DNA from: Microbotryum violaceum
Taxonomy: Eukaryota
Assembly: GCA_001244265.2 (NCBI GenBank)
Contig: CDLV01000007.1
Span: 434,001 to 498,000, forward strand
Direction of reading: 5' to 3'
Length of the DNA stretch: 64,000 bases
Made by a program: the position numbers and the translations under genes
Notes under the pieces: model-generated
Seen by the model: only the letters and a program-made list of their open reading frames with translations
Told to the model about the DNA's origin: nothing
Databases searched by the model: none
Part shown: positions 24,801 through 35,914 of the stretch, in pieces
How the letters are laid out: each line of letters begins with the position of its first letter
Position numbering within the stretch: the stretch's first letter is position 1

Positions 24801-25855
24801 ACTCGACGCGCTGGGGGGCAGTCGTTGCAGCTGCCAGGGTCACAGTTCCAACCATCAAGTCCGAACTCCTTACGCTCCCCGAATTGCTCTCGCTTCCGTC
24901 TCGCCTCCTTTCACTCTATGCTGAAGGTGCCAAGCACGCATATGACGATGCGGACGCAGTGGCGAAGTTTGCGCAGATCGCGGACCTGTATTGGAGGGAC
25001 GAAGGGAAGGGCTGGGCTCTGGTTGGTCATCGACGCGGGTTCTGGCAGCATTCTAAGGAACCCGCCCTACAGCACGAGCACGTGTGGTCGCGCGTGGGTC
25101 AGTTGCTCAAGGCGAAAGCCTTGCTGCCCAAGACCGCGTTGCGACCTGCTCGGATACCTCTCAAGGAGGCACCCCGTCCTCGGTGCTTCAACTTCTTTGG
25201 GCTCACCCGACCGTTCACTATTCGCAAGCTTCGTCGGCTTGTGAACGTGGTTCGGTTCCCAGGGAGGGAGGATCGTGTCAAGCGTTTCCGTGATGGGACT
25301 TCTCAGAGCGATAGGAAGCGCTTCTGGAGATGGCTTCATGACCGGTTTGCGTCTGCTGTGGAGCAGGACACCCACTGGCGGCTCATGTACGACGTGACGC
25401 CGACGCGCAAGAGGCAGCATACTCAGGGTCATGCCTCTTCGCCGACGTGTCTGTTCTGCGGCAACGATGTAGCGGTCATCGAGACGGTGTCGCACTACTT
25501 CTTCGAGTGCGCGTACTCGACCAGCTTCTGGGGTGGGGTGCTTCGCATTCTGTTCGACAAGCTGGGCATCGAGGATACCGACGTCGATCCGTCGACGTTC
25601 ACTCCGGAGCAGCTGACTATGGGGCTCCCCCTTTTGCGGGGTCGTGGGAGAACGACCTCGAAATGGATGTGGGTTCGGCTGGCCTGCGCGATCGGCTTCC
25701 AGCGGCTGCACCTGCTCCGCTGGCGCGTTCATCAGCGGTTCGAGCTGGACAAGGTCGTGGCCCCTCCCTCGCTCCCCAGTGCACTCAGAGCGTTCGAGCG
25801 AGATTTTCTCTCTCGAGCGGGTTTTGTGCCTGGGGCTCGAGATTGGGAGGTGTGA
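21858..25855 (+). CDS. LINE family B ORF2 (APE - RT - CCHC), frameshifts in the 5' third as assembled
   Basis: LTFNVR, LLQEH, NMYAP, AGDLND, SRIDY and [36 protein letters not shown] and GGLGL; CLFC...HYFFEC. Confidence 0.92.
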
Positions 25856-26836
25856 TGACCGAGTTAAGTCCTTCCTTCCCATTTTCCTCCCCTCCTTTCC
25901 TCCCTTCTTTTTCGGAGGTCGACTCCTCTTTTAGAAGCTGACTGTCTTGAAACTTGTTGCGCAGTGGAAGGCTGCGCACCTCTCTCTCTCTCTCTCTCTA
26001 CTTTGCGCAGTAGCGGTTTTCGTTCTTGGATGGATCGGCAAGCCAGGTCGATTGTCTTTGCGTTGGAGGCTTTGTGAAGTTTTTCCCTCTCCTTTCCCCC
26101 CTTTTTCCCTTCCCTTCCTCTTCTCGTTCCTGTTGCTCGGTTGTTGACTACGCTTCAGCCACTTCTCCTTTTACTCCTAAGCCGTGTGTTGGATTCCGTT
26201 GAATGGTTCGTTCGTTCGCGTTAGTCAAGATCTACGGCATGGCTCGGGAAGGAAGGTCGCTCGTTTCTGGTCAATATCCTCGCGTCAAGGCGAGGCTCGT
26301 TTCGTTGTACTGGATGGCTTTTATCTCGGCCCCGACGGCTCAACAGCCAGCACTCGAGATTTAGCCAAGGGAGGACATCAGGCGCTGTCGGGGTGACGAG
26401 TAGCTGGGGCTTGGCTGCGGCCTGTTAGTCCCTGGGGACCTCTACCTCCGGCTTCGACCCCCTCCCTTGGCCCCTCGGGTGTGTTCCCCTCCTCTCTGTC
26501 TTAGTATTCCTGGTTCTCCGTATCCCCAGTCGTGACTTTCTGTATACTCTCCCCCTTCTTTCTCTAGGCGCTCTTGCCTGGTTTTCGAGTATCTTTGCTC
26601 CCGCTCTTGGGACGTGAAGCGGCAGCAGTACTCACCGCCCGTTGGAGTCCGCGTTAGGTGCTCGGCGGGTTTTGATCTGCGCAGCGCTCTTTGCGCGCAG
26701 GGGTTTGACTTTCACCCAACTGCTTGCCGTCGTTGCTTTATAACCTCTTTTAGCTCTTTTTGTAGCGGTCCCCTGCCAGCCAACCCGAAGGATTGAAATT
26801 TATGAGCCCCGGTAAACAAAAACAAAAAACACGCGA

Positions 26837-26900
26837 CCTGTCCCAGCCATCTTCAACGATTGCAGTCTATGAGCCCCGGTAAAACAAAACAAAACACAAA
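26837..26900 (+). mobile_element. Degenerate 3'-tip remnant of family B
   Basis: cctgtcccagcc...gattgcagtctatgagccccggt plus (AAAAC)n resembles the family B 3' end (gtcccagcc...gattgcaatttatgagcccc). Confidence 0.75.
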
Positions 26901-27285
26901 GAATGCCGGTCGGAGTTGGCAACTTTGGATCCATCATCGCTGGCTGATGGATACTGTCATTGGATCCGAATTCCTGCGTGCTCGGGGCATGCCACAGATG
27001 GGTATACACATGATTTATATATCACGTCCCTCTGTAGACTCGTGCGATAGTCAGGATCATAACTCTTTAGTAAGCTGTGGCCCGTATGGTCACTGGAGCA
27101 AGTAACCGCAGTGCTCAGTGGCTCTCCACTCCTGCGCTCCGGCCCAGTCCGAGGAATTTGCAGCGAAAGCGCCTGGCGAAGGCCGCCAGTTCACGTGACT
27201 TCCGGGTCACGCCGTGAGCGATCTCGAGAAGCGTCGACTCGCCAACTGAGGCTTCTGCAGCAGCACAACTCGACCCTGAGACGCA

Positions 27286-28969
27286 ATGGTACCAACCGAG
27301 CTTTACCGGCTGGTGATGAACCACCTCTTCAAATCTCAAGGACATCACTCTATTCGTAATGTTCTCACCACATCATCGCCGCACCGAGCCTTGCATTCGA
27401 CGTGCAGGAGAGGAACAACGGCCCCATCGCAGGCAACGACGCCGTCTTCCTCAGCCCCTCTTGAGCGACCCTTGTTGATCCTGGGCCTCGAGTCATCGGC
27501 CGACGATACCTGTGCAGCCGTCATCTCCTCCGACTCTGCATTGACGCAACCGCGCCTCTTGTCCAACATCGTTATCCGCCAGCCCAGTCACGAGCGGTTC
27601 GGCGGGATCCACCCACTTCATGCCCAACATGCCCATGCCCGCAACATGCCTACAGCGATCCAGCGAGCGCTCAAGGAAGCACTTATTACACTGGAGCATT
27701 TGGATGGCATTGCGTTCACAAGGGGTCCAGGGATGATGGGCTGTTTGAGCGTCGCTTGTCACTCGGCCAAAGCGCTCGGTGCTGCAACAGCCAAACCGTT
27801 GATTGGGGTGCATCATATGGTACGTCGCATTGGTACTGCTTGGCTCTCAGTAAAACTTCATCAGATTTATAAGCAAATATACTAAGCTTTGTCTTCGTCT
27901 ATCTTGCACAGCAAGCCCATGCTCTGACCCCTTTCTTGACCTCGGCGATCCCACCCAAATTCCCTTTCCTCACGCTCCTACTTTCCGGTGGGCACACACT
28001 TTTGTTGTTCGCGTCTTCTGAAACTGAGTTCAAGATTTTAGCAACCACGCATGACGAGTCGATCGGGTACGTCCCACACCAAGTCTAAGGATGTCCAGTG
28101 AAAAGCGATGGGAGTCTGATCGACATTTTTTTTTTCTCGGCTTCTCACAGAGCTTCGTTCGATAAAGCTGCTCGAGACTTGGAGATCCCATGGTCCTTGG
28201 GCGCCGGGTCTCCCGGTGCCGCTCTAGAGGCTTTTGCATTCCCTCCCCGACCAAATCCAACAACATCAACAAGAACTGAACTGACGACGTCAACAGACCA
28301 AGATCTAGCCCCCCCTCCAGGTGTGGTGCCCCATTTCTCGCAGCCTTTTCCTCGCCAACTGGCCTTCTCCTTCTCCGGTGCTCGCTCGCAACTGGATCGC
28401 ATCATCGCCGACGATCCGAGTATGGAAGAAGGGAGGAAGAGGCTCTTGGCCAGGTCGTTCATGCAAGCCACGGTCAAACAAGTCGAAGACAAGGTCGCCT
28501 TGGCTCTGGGCATGAAAGAGCCCCGGGGGATGCGCGACGTGAAGCACTTGGTCGTGAGCGGCGGAGTCGCGAGTAATTCGTATCTCCGGACACGGTCAGT
28601 CAACTTCGCACAGAAGATGTTGTGCAGTCTGTGTTCTGATAAGTCTTTTCTTGGGACCTTGACAGGTTGCGAGAGAAACTGGACGATTTGGATCGCCAAG
28701 ATATCGAACTCGTTTTTCCGCCCCCTAACTTATGCACGGGTCAGTCCGGACTCGATGCCATAAACCTTGTTTTTCTGCTTCAGACGCTGATGCAACCCCG
28801 AAAAACTCCACTGCGGTGTCGTTGGCTTCACACTCCAGACAACGCGGCCATGATCGCCAACGTTGGCCTGTCCCGCTTACGGCGTGGCCGACTCGATCCG
28901 TTGGAAGTCATGCCGATCGCAAAGTGGAGCATTGAGGAGTGCGAGAAGGACTTCGAAGACAAGCATTAG
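27286..28969 (+). CDS. QRI7: Mitochondrial tRNA t6A threonylcarbamoyltransferase (Kae1/Qri7/OSGEPL1), multi-exon
   Basis: LGLESSADDT, FGGIHP, TRGPG, GVHHMQAHAL, LLSGGHT, FSFSG, VSGGVASN and CTDNAAMIA motifs; N-terminus resembles a presequence. Confidence 0.93.
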
Positions 28970-29095
28970 GGACTGTCGTTATGCAAAGCAGATGTCTCGA
29001 TCGAATAACAAATGCAACGCGTGATCCTGCGGCGGGGAACCATTCGACCGTTTCCGTTTTATTCTTGATTCTACAACAGAGCAGTAGGCGCTGGA

Positions 29096-30228
29096 TCAAT
29101 GAGGTGTCGGTTTGGAGCCTGTGAATACCATGTGATCAGCTTTCTAACTATGGGTCAGAATGAGGGATGCGTTCAGGGACTGACCATCGACTCGGAGATT
29201 CCTCGTTGCGCTCGGCAACGTGATGGTTGTGCCGTCGAAGTCTTTGGTTACTTTGATCTGACATCCCAGCCGTGATCTGTAAGAGAACCGAACAGAAGAA
29301 TGCTGGGTCAGATGCCAAGCTGGATCCTCGAGCACCACGAAGTCTGCCCTGTCGGCTTGTAAGCAACGTACGTATCTGTCAGGCCGAAAGCGAGATCCAG
29401 CATGTCATTCTGTTCGCCAGAGATGATTGAACGCATGTGGTCAGCACGTTATTTCCTGTATAGACAGAAGAGGCGTTCGCAGGCGTACCTCGTCGTCAGA
29501 AGGCTCCTCGAGCTTGTCATAGACGTCGTCCTCGAGTATGACGTGACATGTCGAACAGGCAACCGATTTCTCGCAGGCAGCTGTCAGTGCCATGAGGTTC
29601 ATTCGCGAGGGATTCGGTGAACAAATTTTGTGAGGAAGACGGACGGGGGAGAATGTGGTCAGCTATCCTATAGTGTAGCGTGATGCGTACGTGCGCTCAG
29701 AATGTACCTTCAATGTCGAGATCATATTCCCACGATATGTCGACAATGTCGTCGCCCTCATTGGCCTGCACAGTCTCGATCTCTCCGTTGGGCTTCTTGA
29801 AGTGCAACGTGATGCTGCGGTCGTGGCAATGAGAAAAAAAGGTCACTTCCTGGGCAGGAAATCACAATGTATGAAGAGGACGAGAATGTTGTGACTTGCC
29901 CTTGCCCATCCTTGGGTCGGCCCTTTCCTCCATGCGAGGTTGCTGTGAGGATCAGATCCCCTTGTTAGCGCAAAGAGCCGAGATCACGAGGATGTGCAGT
30001 ACAAGTAAACGCACGTCGTGCGGCGTGGAAAGAGCGCGAAGAAGTGCCCCTGAAGAAGGTGGTGCGACTGCGATCGGCGACGGTGGCCGCGACGAGGAGC
30101 GGGTGCGAAGTGGTTGCCGATCGGCTCAAGCACGACGAGGCGCGAGCGATGACGGTCGATGGTGCGACATGATGGTTCGAGACCACGTTCGAGACGAGTC
30201 TCGAGCGAGGCAATAACGATCTCAGCAT
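29096..30228 (-). CDS. YAH1: Mitochondrial [2Fe-2S] ferredoxin (adrenodoxin-like), many small exons
   Basis: Spliced translation gives ITLHFKKPNGE...DLDIE-AACEKSVACSTCHVIL...[25 protein letters not shown]...LPSATRN; Arg/Ser-rich presequence. Confidence 0.92.
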
Positions 30229-30449
30229 GGTCGTGTTCGGACGGGAAGCGAGCCTGGAGCGTCAGCGAGTGAGCCGGGCATCGGCTTGGCCGCCGGAGTG
30301 ACGACGATCGCAGACGATCGCACACACAAGTCCCAAACGCGCGGCTCGGCGCGCCTTGGCCTGCTCACACGACCTCCCCCCGACTACGCCGCACACAAGA
30401 CAACGGATAGTATTCGAACCAGATCGGGGCTCGAGCTTCGGGCTCCAAG

Positions 30450-32797
30450 ATGCCGCTCTTGATGAAGGAACGCCTCCAAGGGCAATCGGGCGAGGTGAGC
30501 ACTGCAGTGGTAGCCCCTTTACGCGTGGGGCACAGAGCGGGGACCTGACCGGCCGCTGACCTGATCGATCCATGACCGGCCCTGCAGTACCTTCCTCGCT
30601 TGATCGCGGTCATGTACTGCGTGTTTGACCCGATCGCCGGTCCGACTGTGGTCGAGCAAGTGCCCGAGGGGTCGGTCGCAACAGCGCTGTCAACGTTTCC
30701 CAAGCCCGCACCGACCTCATCCAGCCATCCCCGGGCTGGGGCTGAAACATCGATGGAACGTTCAGCGCTGCTCAACCGACAACGCTCGACCACGAGGGCG
30801 CGATCATCGACGCAGGGCGGTACCGCAACCGACGCGGTCGTGCGCTCCACCTCGAAACAACGCCTCACCGCGACCCCGGTCCTGTTCGACTTCAGCCCGG
30901 TACGAGAGTTCGTCATACCCAAACCCGAACTTTGCGGTCATCTCATCACCAAGGCGACGAGGACGTGCAAGATACTCGGCTTCCCCATCAGGTCCGTTTC
31001 CCACCGCCGCCGCCGTCGCGAAACGATCGGTGGCTCGCTCTAGCTTGCGCACATGGAGCCCCACAAAGCTGACTTCGGTCACTCGGACTCTGCCACCCAT
31101 GCGGCTCTTGGCCCCAATCTTTCGCTCCACAGAATCGTTGACGAGGAAAAGTACAATTCGACACGGTCAATCTACAATCGCAACGCCTTCATCTTCAATG
31201 TGTGCTTCATTTTTGAGCGCGACGCCGAGCTATCCGTGTTTGAACCCGTCGTGCGCAAGGTCGCTCGCACGCTCAGGGTTCTCGAAGTCAGTCGACCCGA
31301 TTCGAGCCTTGTCCAGACAATGAACTGCTGACGTTGTTTCCCACCTCTAGGAATCCTCGTCCTTGCTCTCAGACCCGCCACCTCACTTCTCCATGGGCAA
31401 CTTGCTTGAACAACTCTACATGGACCTCAACAACTTCTCCGAGGCCTCGATCCGCATCGGCGACTTTGAGCTCGAGCTCTTCCTGTCCCCTTTTTATGCG
31501 AATCCGAAACCGATCAAGAACAGCGATGTTCCCCTGGCGGTGTGTGCGCTCGAGCAGATGAAGCATCCGAGTTGGGATGTCACCCTCTACAAGGTTCGTT
31601 GGTCTGCTCCTCCCCGTTCCTCCCGAGCTTACCCGCCCAGCCCTCCGCCCCCCACAGATCTGCAGCTTCATCAACGGCATCAACCACGTCAAGGGCATCG
31701 CTGAGCTCGCCCAGGTCGACCTTCACCTCGCCCGTCTCTCCATTCAACACCTCGTCTTTTACGGTGCCGTCATCATTGTCGACCTGTTCCAGTACACCAA
31801 CTCGTACGCGACCTTGCCCTTGATCGCCGACGTCGTGCACACCATGGACGAGGCCGAGGAAGATGAAGGGATTCAGAACCTCGATTCAGAATGCCAGGCG
31901 TACGTCTACACGGGTGCCATGATCAACCCCATGCTCGCGAGCGCGACCCCTCCAACGGCGACGACGAACTTGGAAGGCTTTTCGGTCGGCTCGCTCCCGA
32001 ACTATCCATCCCCTTCAAGCGCGCCCGTGCCGTTCGCGAATTTGTTGGGCTACTATGCACAACTCCGACCTGGCGTGACGGTCACGCAGTGGTGTGAGAA
32101 ACTCGGCCTGGATGGTTTACCGATCGATGTGCGACGGCTGGTTCAGTTTGGCTGCATCAAAGGCTTCCTGCGGCGGGTCTACACCTACCCCGTCTGGTTG
32201 GACCATCCCAAGTTCCTCAAGCACCGGAACAGGGGGCGCCACGGGGATGACGTCGAGGGTGACGAAGGGACCACTTCATTCTTTCTACCGACCCCAAGCA
32301 ACGAAACGCCTTTGCATTCTGCCATTTCGACCCTGTCCAGGATGGAGACGAATGATGCTTCCCTCCTCGATCCTCTAAGCAGTGGCATCCTGTCAAGGCC
32401 GAATCGATCCAAGACAACATTTCACCCATCAGCAACGCCGGCAAAGACCAGGGCCGAGGTAAGACAGAGTGCTAGAAAGGGTAGAAGTTCTGGATCACCG
32501 GCGACGACGAACGTGCCACCCATTTCTCGCTTCCCGCCTTCTCTGCCGATGATGATGGACGGAACCTATCACACGGACGAGATTTGCGTCAAGTACTCAA
32601 TCAGCTTTAAGCAGCTCGAAGTCATCTTTAGGACATTGGGCAAAGGGCGAAGTGGGAAATACGAGGGGTCGCTCGGAGAGGAGGAACGGGGTGAGGAGGA
32701 GGAAGATGACAACGACGATCTCAGGAGGAGGCGGGACGACGAGAGCTTGCACAGTGGCTCCGACTATGGCGACCGATTGGTCCTTTTGTATGTCTGA
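30450..32797 (+). CDS. NPR2: Nitrogen permease regulator 2 (GATOR1/SEACIT subunit), multi-exon
   Basis: FDPIAGP...QVP, FVIPKPELC, YNRNAFIFN, INGINHVKGIA, DVRRLVQFGCIKGFLRRV and DGTYHTDEIC motifs. Confidence 0.92.
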
Positions 32798-33089
32798 ATA
32801 GCTCGAACGAATACCCTGTTGTAACATCGTCGCTCTGTAGGCACCGCCGAGCAGAGTACTCCTCCGAAACGCCCATATTGGCTCTCGGCTGCTCTGTAAA
32901 GATCTTTTTGAGCCCCGAGAGAGGATCGGTCTTTGTCCATTGCACCACGAACGCCTCAACCGAACCGATGCAGATCCCTTGCTGTCTGGAAGCCCCTGGG
33001 CAGACTCTGCCCCCTTGTATCCTCATAACCAGTTCTCCGGGATGCACTCGCGGGACAGGGTACAAACGGCTGTCTTGGTGTTGACACCC

Positions 33090-34475
33090 TCACAGTGCCG
33101 GTCTCGATGTGTGGCAATATAACTGATCCACTCCTCGTTCCGCTGAACGGTGAGGGTGGGGGCGGAACCGTTCCCACGGCGGCTCGGTCGCTCTCAAGCC
33201 TGTATTTTCCTCGTCGATTTTGCCCAGGCCGGCTTGTTCCTGTCGAGCACGGTACTGAGCAGCGTGAAGGGGCTCAAAGTGTTGTCGATTTCCCTGTGCG
33301 GTCGAAGCACGCGGAGGTGGAGGTGTCGCCGCAGGATGTCGCCACGGCGACGTGCGAGCTGTCGGCTGCGCAGAAGCGGGGCGGGTTGCGAGGGTTTGAT
33401 GGGGTGACGCCTGGGGTCGAGGGTAAGGTCGTTGGCGTGGGGACTTGGTACTAACGGAAGCCGAGCGTTGTGGAGGTGATCGGGCTGCGATTGATGAAGT
33501 TCTCGAGCGCGGTCCCGGCCACTCGTGGCTTTGCTTTTTGAGAGTCCCCGGGAGGGAATATCGGGACGGAGCAGCTGGGAGAGCAGCTACCGATGAGGGC
33601 CGGGCAGGATTGTCGGGGGCTTCGCGGCGAGTGATGGCATGATCAGGCTGGGCCTCGTGGAGAGTCAAGTGATCGTATCTCGGATCAGATGGAGGATGAA
33701 GCCCCATGGGCTTGTGGGGTAGGCGAAATTCGTGTTCGTGTCGCGGCTCGCGCGAGTCCACTAGAGCCCGTAACCGCTCATTCTCTTGTTCCAGCTCTCG
33801 AAACTTTCTGCACGTTCGGATCGCTCGGGTCAGCAGTACTCCTCATTATGGCAAATTGACTTGTCCCTGGCGTATGAACACTGACCCTAGCTCCCCCTTG
33901 ATTCTCTTAAGCTCTTGAACCAGCTTGGTCAAGTTTCCCTTCTGCCTCTCGCATTTGTGTCGGAGCCAAGCTACCTGCAGCGCGAGGTGGTCCACTTGCC
34001 AATTCGTCGCAGCGGAAAGTTCTTCGAGCGTGCGGACGAGCGGTCGGAAGCAAGGGGCGAGCTCATCAGGAACATTCTCGTCGAGGAGCATGAACTGAGT
34101 ATCCAACGAGCAGATTGCACAGCTTAAAGAAAGGGTTTCGAGCGTTGCGGTCGATGGAGGATCGCTCGGGGCGGGCTGGTGATGAGCGCTGGCCGTGGCC
34201 GTCGCAAGCTCGCTGGCGTGCCCGCTGAACGCACAGCGCGCACACAGGACATGGCAGCACGTCGTGATGTAGAGGTTATCCCATGGTTCGGTGAAGGGGA
34301 GGAGCACTGGATGGCTCTTCAAGCAACCTAGACAAGCGACCCACTCGAGCGGAGGGTGGGCGAGCGTGCTGCCGCCAGTGCCGTTAATTATCCCGCGTTG
34401 AAAGTGTCCGCTGCGCACGCTGCCACTGGCGCGACTGCTGATACCCTCGGGCCGATCCGCAGCGCGTGCTTGCAT
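33090..34475 (-). CDS. RING finger plus coiled-coil protein, Zip3/RNF212-like meiotic E3 ligase
   Basis: EWVACLGC...YITTCCHVLCARC...CAIC, then ...CFRP... and a coiled coil followed by a disordered tail. Confidence 0.65.
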
Positions 34476-35279
34476 GGTACGGCGACGACGATAATTTGAT
34501 GGCTGCGTCACAAGTATGGACTCGATGCACTAATCGATGTCCATCCACGAGCTCGGATTGTGATGGGCCGGCCACTCTCGTGTGGACATCACCATGGGCG
34601 AAGACTGACGTCATTGCAAGGTATCTCCTCTCCACGCCAAGCCGGTATGGTGTTAGACGCGCGACTAGATCGGTCGCCAGAGTTGCTTTGGTATTAGGTA
34701 TCTCGACTCCAATCCTCGCAGCCCCGGTAGTCTCGTAAACCAAGAGCTACAAGGTATTGCGAGCCCTAGTAAGGTAGTATGCTTGTACACTGCAACGTCT
34801 CCTCGGAATTTTTCGTGGTCATCATGCCCAACGACGCCAGTGGCGACACGGCTTAGCCACCATCCACCTTTGCAATGTCCGATCTCCGCGTTCCTGATCA
34901 AAAGCCACACAACACCAAAAAAAAAACCTCCGTTTTTGTGTTCTCATTTATCGAATACGGTGTTGGACTAGGAGATTTATAATGTTCTCAAGTTAGATCA
35001 TGATCCGGATGTTCAGACATCGGCCCGTTTTGAAAATTCCACGTGCTCACTGCAGCCTCATGTGCGCACAGGGCGGTCGGAGATGGCCTTCAGCGTTGTT
35101 TTATCAAAGTTGATTTCTAACTTCGGAACCCTGCAGTGGAGCAAGTCCGGTAAGGACATCGGAGTCGTACTTTAGGCCCCATAGCTCGCGATCTTGTTGG
35201 TCTGGCAACGCATTGAGCGCAGGTAGCAAGTCATATGGCTTGTGTCCTAGCTCAAAAAATAATATACTTATTAGTCGGT

Positions 35280-35468
35280 TAGTGGTGCTGTGGAGCAACG
35301 ACGACAGGAAAATGGGTGAATGGGAAACCACTGACCGCAAAGAGCGCTGCGCAGATCAAAACTCGCCGAGCACCTAGGAGTCCAACGAGCGGCGAGTCGG
35401 CTGCCGTTTCACACAAGATCGTAAGCAAAGACACCCAACTAGGGAGCACCCAGAAAGAAAGAGTACAC
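35280..35468 (-). mobile_element. Degenerate family B 3' UTR remnant
   Basis: taggtgctcggcgagttttgatctgcgcagcgctctttgc closely matches 19410-19449; flanks are diverged. Confidence 0.8.
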
Positions 35469-35479
35469 GTACAATTCTT

Positions 35480-35838
35480 CTGTAGAAGCCGCTGGGTATC
35501 GGGGATTACTGTTCATCATATCGCCCCCAATTCCTGTTTCTCCTGAATGGCCTACGGAAAAACTAGATGAAAGTAAATCTAGATGGAAGTGGACGATGAG
35601 AACACAAACCGCCCGCAAAGTGCAAGATACGGGCCGGTGTCCACCAATCCAATAACGGTATTAGAAAGCGGCTGCCCCCCCCCCCCCCCCCCCCCCCCCC
35701 TTCAGAGGAGGTGTAATGAAGCGGCTGCCCCCCCCCTTCAGAGGAGGTGTAATGAGAGAGAGAGAGAACAGAAATTGACGTACTAACGACAGGAGGCCTA
35801 TCCCGCACCCACTTCCCGGCTCGGTCGAGACAAAGACC
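35480..35838 (-). mobile_element. Degenerate family A 3' UTR remnant
   Basis: Diverged match to about 17445-17730 (ctcgaccgag..gggaagtgg, ggattggtggac, gcgggcggtttgtgtt, tttccgtaggcc); contains a poly-C expansion and an internal duplication. Confidence 0.8.
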
Positions 35839-35900
35839 TTTTTTTTTATTTAAGAAAACTGGGGCACATAAATTGCAATCCTTCCGGTTGGCTGGGACAG
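35839..35900 (-). mobile_element. Family B 3'-tip remnant
   Basis: cctgtcccagccaaccggaaggattgcaatttatgtgccccag followed by an interrupted A tail. Confidence 0.85.
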
Positions 35901-35914
35901 GAGAGCGAGGCCGC

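Larger units (their letters stand above)
20031..26830 (+). mobile_element. Full-length non-LTR retrotransposon, family B (L1/Tx1-like)
   Basis: (CA)n leader, ORF1, ORF2 with APE-RT-CCHC, about 0.95 kb 3' UTR, C-interrupted A tail at 26814-26830. Confidence 0.93.
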
